Assembly: GCA_004431415.1 (NCBI GenBank)
Contig: QPMI01000218.1
Coordinates: forward strand, 1 to 64,000
DNA length: 64,000 bases
Reading direction: 5' to 3'
From: Cyanophora paradoxa CCMP329
Lineage: Eukaryota; Plantae; Glaucophyta
Position 1 is the first letter of the stretch. Each line of letters opens with the position of its first letter. The translations under genes were made by a program, and so were the position numbers. The notes beneath the pieces are model-generated. The model searched no databases and was not told the origin of the DNA. It was given only the letters and a program-made list of their open reading frames with translations. Of this stretch, positions 45,601 through 56,327 are shown in pieces.

Positions 45601-48600
45601 AGACAGCCCGATGCCTGGGGTCTCGTCCTGCAGAATTGGGTAGTACTCTCTTTTGTCTGCATCGAAAAGTTAGATGTACGACATATGCATTAAAATAAAT
45701 GTATGCATTGTTGCGCTACCTGTGAAACAGACTGCGGGCCAGACGAAGGGATCATGATCAGATCTAAATATGACCAATTTACGGCCGCTCGAGCGGAAAA
45801 AGCGCACTCTTCCCGGAAGTCACGCTGACGACTTCCTTCTTGCGGTTCTTCAGCCCCTGTCCGCACGGCCTGCAGCGCGCCAGCGCCTCCTGGGGGTTCT
45901 TCACGAAGGCCAGCAGCGAGTCCGCGAGGCTGCCCGAGACGGCCGAGGCGGCGGCCTGGCTTGTCGGCGTCTTAGCGGCCGGTGTCCAGCTTTCCCCGCT
46001 GGAGAGTGCCGTCGAGGTTCAGGCACGCAGGCACAAAACGGCGGCAACGGAGGCAAACCTGACAGCCGCAGCAAGGGCTTGAATGGTCTAGCCATATGCA
46101 TGAGAGAACGTGGCGAATTGGCTTTGTAAGTTCAGGATCGAACGGTGACGATAAAATGCAGACGCGCACTGCATCGAGCATCGCCTCCGTCATATCGGGA
46201 GGGATGTCGCACGGATCGAACGTTGGGAAGCAGCCGAGAAGCTTATCTTGCCAGGTTGTGTTCAGAGATCTGCGAAAGCCACAGCAATTAATATCATAAA
46301 TGCGCAATTGCAAACGATCTTATTATAAGAAGAGTTCAAAGCAGTATCGATCACTTCGAGACGGGAGTCGATAAGGCCGTCAAGGCATAGGCCCCCTGTA
46401 ACTTGTCTGAGATCGTCGTCGCCGATCCTATCGCGCCACATGCGTGTAGGACCATCGCCTCCAGGGTAGCCGTCTTCCCCAATCGCGGACAGGGGTCTGG
46501 AGTGCGCGCGAGCGCGCGTGACTGCTTGTTTTGCGAAGAATTCGAACGTACGCGCAAAGGTGCGCACCTTCGGTGCTATTCAGCGCTAGAACAGTAGCGG
46601 CTGCTTTCACTCCTGTTATAATAGAGATATCTCTCTGTCTTGTCGATAAGACGCTATCTCCGGCCAGCTCATTGTAACGCCCCATGTATGCCTCGCAAAT
46701 GTCATCGGGGGCTCGGACGATGGCGCTGAGCGGATAATCTGCGCGTAGTATCTCAGAAACATGCAAGCAGAGATAGATCGTTAATGAATTAATTGTTTGC
46801 GCAAGGTGCTCATAGTTACCCGTCGAAGCCCCATTGGCGTCGGTAATCTGCCGATTGCGAGCGAGCAATCACGATCAATGATCATGATATGTACATGATC
46901 ATATATAATAACAATATGTGTCGAATCCGCAAACAATGTTGAAAGTTGAGTCGCGCACCGTAACTACGAGGGACAGCGGTTCCCCCACAGGGAGCGCCAG
47001 ATCGGCAAACGTCGTCGACAGTTGCGAGGGAACGATCATCTCTTTCGCGCCTTCCGGGGCCAGCCGCTGTCGTCCAAAGTCAAGTCAAACGACTGCAAGC
47101 GGAATGCCTTTTCTGCGTGGCATTGTGCGCACTTGCAGGGCGTATTCAAGCGGATAGCCAGACGTGTGGTTACCAGCTGGCTTCCAGTCGGAGCAGGTCA
47201 CAGTGAAGCGGTGGCGGAACACAATCCCCTCGGGGGGCTCGATCTTGCAAACACCCGGCTCGGGCGGCGCGATAAAGCGGACGAGCGTCTCGTCGAACAC
47301 TGCCCGTCGTCGTCAGCGGAGCACGAAAATATAGCCACATCGGCTGTCTGTCGCTTTGCGCGCCTACTTCATTTGCAGGGGCGTTGGGATAGCTCGCGGT
47401 GCAGCGGATAGCGTACAGCTTTCCAGGAACAATCGGAGGGCGTCCGTTTGGGGTAAAAGTTAGGTAGTGCTCGGCGGCAACCAGCCCGGGGCTCATGTAT
47501 CTGCAGGAATGCTGTAAGCAACGAGTGCAATAGATTGAGTGAAAAAGAGAGAAGTACGAAGAAATATTCTGCAGCTCGGGATCGCCGCGAGGAGCCACCC
47601 ACTGGGAAATCGCGATTGCATCATACCCCGGATCGTCGGCCACGCGCGAGCGGCAACGCAAGTAAAGAGTCTCGTCAATCGGAATGCGCGTGATGTTCTT
47701 CACCGGAGAAAGGGTCGTCTGCACGGGCCGCGGCCGTGTCGGACAGAGGCGCGATAGCGATTGCGATTGCGACTGCAAACTAGCTCTTACGTCGATTGCT
47801 ACAACGGGTAGGGCCTTCGCGAGCACTTGAATATCCACTGTGGTATTATCCTCACTCTTGGCACCGTTGGGACACGTTGAGATAACACGGAGATGAATCG
47901 TGTAATTGTTGTTGGGGTCGAATCCAGCTGGGCATTCGTTTTACGATCCAGGAATTAAAAAGAAACAAGTACTATGTAGCTTATGTGCAGTTGTGCGCAT
48001 GGCCGGGTCTTTAACGCACCGATTGGGAGTTTAGCGGCTGACGCGGCAGCTGCCGCAGAGCTCGGCGTCAGCGGGATCCGAGCTTGGGCGCCCGGTCCGA
48101 CTTCGTGAAGAAAAGTCCCGCTGAACGGAGCTCGGAATGCAACGAGACGCCAGTGGTAGAGCGTCGTGGCCGTCAGAGGGCATGATGGGTTATTCGACGG
48201 AGATCCGTCCACGAAGAAAGAGGCCTTACTCCCCACAACTCGATTCCCTGCAATTCAAATGCTTGATCATGATGCACATGTACATGCCTGTAGATGTACA
48301 TGTAGATCTAGCTCGATCTAGAGGTAACGAACCTCCTGCAATAATGGCACGAACGGGAAGATCGCTGATGAGATCGATGTTGCACCGTGTCCAATTGCTC
48401 GCGAAGGAGCCGTCCGGCCTGCTGCTGTTTATGACAAGGTACAGGGTATATATACGTCCAGCATAGAATCCATCTGCATTTCCGCGGGCGAAAGGCAAAG
48501 CGTCAAATGCAGCGCGGAAATATGTATACGTATATACGCGCGGGGAAATTTTTCGTGTCGAGCTTGCGCTGACCTATACCTCCTCCTGCGCCGGTGGGGG

Positions 48601-51600
48601 CAAGAGGGACACTCGGCCCCGTCAGCGGTCCGACGCGTGCAAGAAGGCTTGGATCGCCGTAGGGCTTATCCAGCGGGTACAGGCTCCATGTGTACGTCAA
48701 GTTGGCCAGCTTCGGGTAACCCGGATCGTAGGATCTGCACGTACAATGTTTATATATACGCATGCGCATTCTTTGCTTCGATTTATAATTATCTACAGCG
48801 CGGGCGCACGGAGAGCCGTCGTATGTAAAGGTCTGGTCGTACGGGACGCGCTTCAGGTAGTCTCCGGCAATGATCGCGTACACTTCGATCCGACGTCGAC
48901 GGCGTCAAGCCGAGTACTAGCGGCGCAGACCTGGGCTCATACGTGCAGACCTGGGCTCTGCATGACCTCTATGTCGCAGCGAGTTGCGTTGGTTGCCCAG
49001 CCCAGCATGCCATCAGGCCTGCTGCTGTTTATCATCAAGTAGAGAGAATAACGGCCGCCCGCAAAGAAACCCGCTGCGCATGCGGCAGGAAAAGCCCCGG
49101 CGACCCCGTGAGCTGTGCGCTTTGAAGGCGACGCCTTGCGATAGCCAGATCAAATGCTCACGGGGTCCGCCAGCGCCCGTGGGAGCCAATGTGATATTGG
49201 TTGTCCGGAGCGGCCCGATCTTTGCGATTGGGTTTGGAGAGCCCATTGGAAGATTCAGAGGTTGCAGCTCCCACGAGTACGAGAGAACAGCATCCGGAAA
49301 GTTGCGGTCGAAGGACCTGTCTCTGGCGTCACAATACGGTCCACCACAAGAAGGAAAACTTCTTATCAAGCTTACTCTCGACCCTCGTAAGGGTACGGTG
49401 CATCAAAAGGAACGCGTTTAAGAAAGTCCCCAGAAATGATTGCCACAGCTGTACATGAGAACATTTTGTTATCACACAAAGAGATAGCCGTTAGTCTTTT
49501 AATGGCTCGCACGTGGATCCGTTGCAATAAATTCGATATCGCAGCGGGTGATATTCGTTGCGAATGTCCCATCCGGACGGCTGCTGTTAATGAAGAGGTA
49601 CAGCGTGTATCTCCGGCCGATGTAGAATTGCTCTGCATCGATCTGTCATACAAGCAAGGTGCTAGGTAACACACTCGATGAAGTAAAACTCTCCTCACCC
49701 AGACCTCCGGGTCCAGAACCTTTGGGAAACAGCGTCACGGTTCTCTCCGGCTGTTTGTAAGGGCCTTTCTGCACAATCAAACTCGAATCGCCGTAAGGCG
49801 CATCTAGCGGGTAAAGGCTCCACGTGTACGTCAGGTTTGCGTGCCGCGGGTATCCAGGGTCGTACGACCTGTCATCACGTCAACCCATAAAGAAACTGAC
49901 AAAGGAAAATTTGCACTGCTATCCTACAGCTATGATTTGGGGGCGCGCGCGCGGAGAGGGCGCACGGAGAGCCGTCGTACGTGAAGTTCTCTTTGTAGGG
50001 CACTCGCTTCAGGTAATCGCCCGCGATGATTGCGTAAACTGAGCATGCGCGCATTTGCACAGCGATTGCAGATCTAGAATTCGAAGCTCTGATTTAAATT
50101 TAGTGATCGTGGCTGACCCGGGCTTTGGATGATCTCGATATTACACAGAGTAGTATTGATGGGGTAGAGGGATTTTCCAGCATCGATGGGACGGGTAGAG
50201 TTGATAAGCAGATGCAGAGTGTAGTGTCGCCCGGCAAAAAATCCGGCTGATTATTTTTGAGGAATATTTATTAATGCTGGTCCTTGAACGAATGCTGAAG
50301 GAGAACATTTAAACGCACCAATTCCGTTGCTGCCATCGGGGGCAAGTGCGCCAAACGGCGTCAATGTGATGTTTTTTGGAGACGTCTTTGCCGTAGCGCT
50401 GTAGAGCGACGCGTTTCCCGCGAAGGCCGCGGGTAGGCCGATGGGAACGAGGCTCCAGATATAAGTCAAATTCGCAGAGGGGACTATCGCGTCGTAGGAC
50501 CTGTAGACGTTCCAGCGATAGATAGCAGTTATTGATACATCATGTGATCATGGGTTATATGTGTGGGGTATATGCGCACGGGGATCCATCGTAAACGAAC
50601 GGCGCATCGTACGGCACCCGCTTAGGATTCTCTCCAGCGATAATAGCGACAACAGGGCCATCGTCAAAGAATATATCGCAGCGGGTTTGATTGATCGCTG
50701 TTCTTCCGTCCGGTCGTGTGGTGTTCACGCGCAGATACAGACTGAACCAGCCGGGGACGTAACGAGCTGCGAGAACTCTAAGGAAGCGCCGGGGGACGAA
50801 ATCGCTGACTGTTTAGGGCAAATTACGAAAGAAAACGCACGAATTCCTCCCAGCGCGTAAGGGGTGAGAGTTACATTGTGCAGCGAAGTCCCCGGACCCG
50901 CCCTGAAGAGCCTGGACGCCGCCCCATACGTTGCGTTCAGGGGCTGCAGCTCCCACTCAAAGTAAAGAGTCGTCGTTCCGGGAACAGGGTAGTCCGGATC
51001 GTTCGAGCTGGCGAATGCAATCACGATCTTGAGGAGTTCAACAAGTAACCGTAGTGACATGCACGCACGGAGTGCCGTCGAAAATGTATGGCGACGCAAC
51101 AGGAACGGAGCGGGGATTTGGTCCACCTATAATCGCGAGAACTTGTACATTGCCGTCCGCAACATGCACAACGCAGCGCGTCTGGTTCACAGCCCATCCA
51201 TCACCGTAAGGGCGTGAAGAGTTGATTTTCAAGTGCAGCCAATAAGAGTTGTCAGCGAAGAATCCAGCTGCAGATGTGCCTTGAATCAGCCGCACGCGCT
51301 TGTTTGAAAACTATTTTACAACATAGCTGCCACGCACGAATCCCGCCAGCTCCAAACGGCGCGATCGTTATGGAGCTCGAGAGCTGCGCGCCGGAGGCCC
51401 AGATGACCTTGAGGGACCCGAAAGGCTCTCCTACAGGCTGTAGCTCCCACTCGTATCTAATCACAGCGGCAGCAGCGGCAGTGGAGTACGCAGAATCGTA
51501 AGACCTGCGCGCGTACGGACAGGCCGTGGCCGGGTGCCATGCCAGGTCCCGTCAGCTGCAGACTCGAGAGGAGGGCGGATAAATATCGAGAGCCAAGTCC

Positions 51601-54030
51601 GCACGGAGCGCCCTCGTATGTGTACGCCGTGTCGTGCGGCACGCGTTTGGTGGCGTCACCGTCAATAATAGCGAAGACTGCGGCGAGTTATTATCAGTCG
51701 CTCGGGTAGCTTCAGCGCCCCACAGATACATTGCAATTGCATGAGCAGGCTGCCAGGCTGGCGCATGCGCACCTCCCGTCAGGGGGCCCACGACGAACGT
51801 AATGTTGATTGCGCTGAAAGACTGCTTATTGTACGGAAGAGAGGTAACGTTAAGGTGGAATGTGTAGTTCTTTGTGTGCACGAAGCCCGGAATTCCACCC
51901 GCGGCCTCGGGCGTTAGAGTCACGTTCGGAGTGGAGAAAGGGCCGAGCTCCGTGATGAGGTTCGGGGAGGTGTAGGGTTCGCCAAAGGGCACAAGCCGCC
52001 AAGTGTACAGCAGCTGGCCGTCCGAATCTGCGGGATGCGATTGCGATTTCAGCGAATCTACGGAAATGGCGCTCAATTCGGCTCAAACAACGATACCCAG
52101 GTCATAGCTGGGAGAAGCATCAATGACCGCCGTGCTCGTTCGGAGTCTATTGACAATAGGATTGCCTGGCGAAAGCGGTAAGCTGTAGAGATGCGCCCGT
52201 GGACGGTTATAGAGTCGGCAAATTCGTGTCATTACCGCACCATTGCTGATTACAGCGTAGAGCGGACCTGCTCAAGCACATTCGATTCATGATCAGCTAC
52301 GAAATCACGAAACGGAAACTGGCCATGGAAGTACAGAACGCACAGTCCACTTTCGCAGGTGACAGGAAGTCTTTCGCGAAGTCCACCCAGCCTCCAAATC
52401 TGAGAACAAAAGCTCGGTAAGTTCTATTGAATCAATTGAATCTGCGATCGTCGGTGAACAGCTGCAGAGGGAGTGCAAGCCTGTTTTTCGGACGTAGAAG
52501 GAGCCGGTGGTGCCGGCAAGAGGCGAACGTGATGTTATATGCGCTACTCGTGAGATCGAGGCTCGTCTCGCTGGATCCGATGTTCTCAATTGTCCCGACA
52601 ACTGCTTCATGGTCCTCGAGCGATGTAGGACCGATCAATTTCGGTTTTCTAAGAGGGTCTTGCTTGAGCTACGAAGACGCATGCGTTTAATTAATCCATG
52701 GTCGCGATATCAATCGAGGGCATATCGAAGTTTCGCGAACCCTTATGACAAGTGCTGAGTAGCCGTAAGGACTGCCGGCTGGTGCGTTCCACGTGGCAAT
52801 GAGGGATGAGCTCACCGTCAGATCGGCAACTGATATCATGTTTGAGATCCGCGCTAGACACTCGTAGAAAGAAGCGGAACCTTTGTACTGGAAAGGATCC
52901 ACGTAGTTTCGGACGTCGCTTCTGTTGAAAAGAAAGGAGAACTGGCCGCTGAATGCGTCGCCTGGAATCATGCGGCCGGCGTTGCGATCCGAGAGGTTGA
53001 AGAAAAGAGACATGCGGTCTGCGTCTATGGAATTTGTTCCAATTGTATAGTCCGTGCCGTGACTGTCAAAGTTGTCTTCCGGAGGATAGAGATAAAAGAA
53101 CGGCTTGGCTCTGCACAGTGCGCGCGCGTCAATCACATACTTTTGGTCATCACGCACACGCGATGAACAGACCTCAAGCCAACTCTTGCCAGATTGTGGT
53201 CGGCGGCAAGTCCCAAATAGCACCGCTCTGACCGAGCTCAATCACGACCATGTGCGATCGCGAATCAGACTGAACGAGAAACCGCACACCGAGAATCTGA
53301 CCCCAGGAGCCTACGCCTGCAATCGTCCCACTCCCGTCCGCAAAGCCCTCGGCTTGGCGCTCGATCTCGTGGTTGACGGCCATATAATCTGCATTGCCTT
53401 CTATATCATGACCGTTCCTCGAAGGCCCCTGAGAATGCCATGCAGCCGGTCAAACGTTAACAGGCGCACATTTCAGATCTGTTCGGGAGGGCCACAAACC
53501 CAGTACGCCGCGCCGGGTTCTCCTGCCCTTGTTCCCCGCTGGTGATCGTTTCCTGGTAGAACGTTGCGGATGTAGTGTGGGAGAAGAACAGTAGTGGCCC
53601 CGGTATTCCTTCCGGAACCTCGTGAGCAGCCGATCGCGACAAGTGGAGCGAGCACCAATTGCAATTACGATGTTTCAATTCGCGTTCTCACCGGATGATG
53701 AGATTGACCCAAATCGTAATGGGGCCGCCAGAAACGTCCTTGAAAAAATACGAGTGGGTCACGGTGACCGAAGGGCTCGCCAGCGCCGCTGTGTGTTCTG
53801 CGGGAATCGCGCTCGTAAGCGTTTTAATTATAAGGCTGGAGCGCATGCAAAAACGAAAACAAATTCAGATTTGCGTGCCCACAAGAATGCCGTCGGCCTC
53901 CGTGGAAGTTTTCGTGATCGATCCGCTGAAGTAGGGCGCCGAGTTGGGAACAGTATTTATGGCCCCGGATGTCGGATCGACGGACTGCAGAGCTCGCTTC
54001 CAGGAGAACCCCACCAATTGCGCGCCCTCT
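27661..54030 (-). CDS. Giant single-pass receptor-like protein: REJ/PKD-like repeats + GAIN/GPS + TM + about 49 FN3-like domains; 5' end interrupted by the virus-like element
   Basis: Ectodomain repeats AIIAGDYLKRVPY..YDGSP|SYDP..LTYTWSL and the REJ motif PPEPGVCKIEPPEGIVFRHRFTVTCSDW..YPLEY. GPS-like LLFWNATRLSWDRCG...GRCTHL|TTFTV. TM LIAGITAGVGAAAVLAAAAYVY (~44645-44710). FN3-like APSNLQLT..TLSWSPP..YQIVKDG..TVSDL. Stop at 27661-27663. Confidence 0.8.
28790..44597 (-). repeat. Intragenic tandem array: 12 units of ~1.37 kb, each with 2 introns and 4 FN3-like domains
   Basis: The first intron/exon junction recurs at about 28975, 30348, 31722, 33100, 34471, 35846, 37215, 38581, 39955, 41317, 42689 and 44059. 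Confidence 0.95.
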
Positions 54031-54054
54031 TCTTTCCTTCCCCACTACCACATT

Positions 54055-54304
54055 CAGTAAGCCCATTATCCATTTTCGAATTTCTCAGTAAGGCTCAGTA
54101 ACAAACTATAAAATAGCACTGTATTTTTCAAACATCTAACCTCTCCTTACTGAAACCAATCACGAAACCCTTCCATTCTTCATTTTTCTAATTCCTTACC
54201 ATTCCCAGTAAGCCCTAAAACCCTCTCTCGATATCTCAGTAAGGACAGTAAGACCCATATTTTTACGAAATGTTCCCAATCGTTTCCAAACTGTTTTCAG
54301 TTAC
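54055..54304. repeat. Clustered CAGTAAG motifs at the element's left terminus
   Basis: Copies at 54055, 54086, 54096 (CAGTAAC), 54146 (inverted), 54206, 54237 and 54246, plus a degenerate copy at 54298. Confidence 0.75.
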
Positions 54305-54403
54305 CCAAATTGAAAAATCAAGGTGACCCCCACCGATAGCGTAAATCAACATATGAAATGCGTTTATCCCCACTTAAAGATTTCCCGCTATATAGCTATA
54401 AAG

Positions 54404-54727
54404 ATGCCGAGCAATCAACTCCCACTACCCAAAAGTAAGCAATGCACTATCTGCAAAGTAGATAGACCTGCATCGTGTTTTGGTTTGCGTAAATTAAAAA
54501 CTGGTAATGTCGCATTGAATCCAAGATGCATCGAGTGCAACCGCGACTATCACCTTGACCTGTATCACAAAGTCTTAAAAACGCGTCCGAAAATCGAAGT
54601 ACAATCGAAAATATGCCCCGATTGCAAGATTGAGAAGCCTGCAAGCGAGTATAATAAAAAACAAAGCACGAAGGATGGTCTCTACTACAAATGCCGACAG
54701 TGTTATAGTGAGACTCGGACGAGCTAA
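54404..54727 (+). CDS. Double Zn-ribbon protein (two CxxC...CxxC modules)
   Basis: KQCTICKVDRPASCF..RCIECN and KICPDCKIEKPASEY..DGLYYKCRQCY. Best ATG context is at 54404. Confidence 0.75.
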   Translation: MPSNQLPLPKSKQCTICKVDRPASCFGLRKLKTGNVALNPRCIECNRDYHLDLYHKVLKTRPKIEVQSKICPDCKIEKPASEYNKKQSTKDGLYYKCRQCYSETRTS

Positions 54728-54991
54728 TTTATGATTTTAAAATGAGATTTGTATTTTTTAAAGCAAGTTTGTGCATGAGCAAGCATGCCGAAAATGCCCA
54801 CCTGCACAAACTTGCGAGATCAAGGTAAGCCCCATCGACAAAGTACGACGATAGACCACGTTAAAATAAACTCGCGCCCCGCCCACTATGCAAGATACAT
54901 GCCTTTCTTATGCATGATCTATGAAAAATAACAATAAACCCAGTCGTCAGACAAGCTGCCTTGGCTGCGCCTCTCTCATTCTTCGAATTCT

Positions 54992-55255
54992 TTACATAGG
55001 AGCACTCACAGTAATTTCGCTTGCCTTTCGAACAGTCCCCCTTGCAAACGCTTGCTCTACAATCGCTTCCTTTGTGAGTGGAATCGGAATTCCAGCGGCA
55101 ATACACGATTTAACTTCTTTGTCCACAATCTCATCAATCGCAATTCTCGCCCTATTATGAGCCGCATTATCAATATATTCCTGAACAGAGAAGGCACAGT
55201 ATTCCATTCCCAGTTTTTCAGTATCAGTTAAGACAACTTCATAGACATTCGACAT
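54992..55255 (-). CDS. 87-aa hypothetical protein, last gene of the fibre cassette
   Basis: Clean ATG-to-TAA ORF co-oriented with the fibre genes; helical acidic composition (SVQEYIDNAAHNRARIAIDEIV). Confidence 0.75.
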   Translation of the reverse strand: MSNVYEVVLTDTEKLGMEYCAFSVQEYIDNAAHNRARIAIDEIVDKEVKSCIAAGIPIPLTKEAIVEQAFARGTVRKASEITVSAPM

Positions 55256-55282
55256 TGTTCTATCTAAGAGTGAGATTAAATT

Positions 55283-56272
55283 TTAAGCCAAAGCAGAAAT
55301 CAAGTAACCTTTAATTTGCAGGCTCCTACTATAATAGCCTCTCGCGTTTAATACTCGACTAAATTGTAGGTAGTCTGTTGTCGAGTTTATTTGCACAAGA
55401 AATGTATTAGATATCACTATAAATTGGTCTCCGGAGGTCACCAAATCATTATAAAGGTAGAAGCCATCATTGGCTAAACTGGCTCCATTTTGCAATAAGG
55501 AAATTTGTAATGCACCGGCAGTTGATGTTACTTTTGTGGATAATGAAATAGAAATAAGATACACCCCTTTTACAGGTGGGTTGAACTTTCCACTACTTGC
55601 ATTGAATGTGTTCCCAATATTATTCATTACAGCCAGAGAATCGCCAATATCTGTGCTAATAATACCAGTTCTTGTGACGGTATCTAGGGAATCTCCTCTT
55701 ACATTGAATGCAACAAAATTGTCTTGATAAAGATACCCAGAATTTATTTTCAGACCACTTGCACTTACAGTAGCCATTGTTGTTCCATTTCGCTTTATTA
55801 ATATGTCCGAGTTAGCCCCACTATCAACAGTAGTCGTTTTAACTGTCCCAAAAGATCCAGCGGTAAGGCTTCCAGTAATTGTCGCATTTCCAGTTATTGT
55901 TGCACTCCCATTCACACTCAGTCCAGTCCCGATCCAGGCACCACCACTAACTACTTGAAAAGCCGCTGATTTCCTATCAGCCGGATTAAAAGCTGTTTTA
56001 TAATCCGCTTGACCTTCATATAGATTATCTTTGGTGATTAGATCCCCTGTTTTTGCGGGTCGATTCGATACGATCAGTTCAGTAGCTTTAACGAGTCCAC
56101 CAGCCTTGTCGGCTCTGAGTTCTTTGACTCTAAGAATGGAGGTCTCATTGAAAGAATCGGATTTTGCTGTTTCAGTCGAAGGGAATGACTCGTTTAGATC
56201 ATAAACAGTGTGTTGCACGTTATGGACAGCACTGGCTGATAAGGAAAACACAGGCGTGAACACAGTCGACAT
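55283..56272 (-). CDS. Fibre-like protein with a C-terminal C1q/TNF-like head
   Basis: Shaft repeats VNGSATITGNATITGSLTAGS, followed by the C1q-like VAFNVRG..NNIGNTFNASSGKFNPPVKGVYLISISL. Confidence 0.75.
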   Translation of the reverse strand: MSTVFTPVFSLSASAVHNVQHTVYDLNESFPSTETAKSDSFNETSILRVKELRADKAGGLVKATELIVSNRPAKTGDLITKDNLYEGQADYKTAFNPADRKSAAFQVVSGGAWIGTGLSVNGSATITGNATITGSLTAGSFGTVKTTTVDSGANSDILIKRNGTTMATVSASGLKINSGYLYQDNFVAFNVRGDSLDTVTRTGIISTDIGDSLAVMNNIGNTFNASSGKFNPPVKGVYLISISLSTKVTSTAGALQISLLQNGASLANDGFYLYNDLVTSGDQFIVISNTFLVQINSTTDYLQFSRVLNARGYYSRSLQIKGYLISALA

Positions 56273-56327
56273 CTTTTGATTGTTCTTTATTATTACGTGA
56301 GAATATTATTATTATTACGTGAGAATA

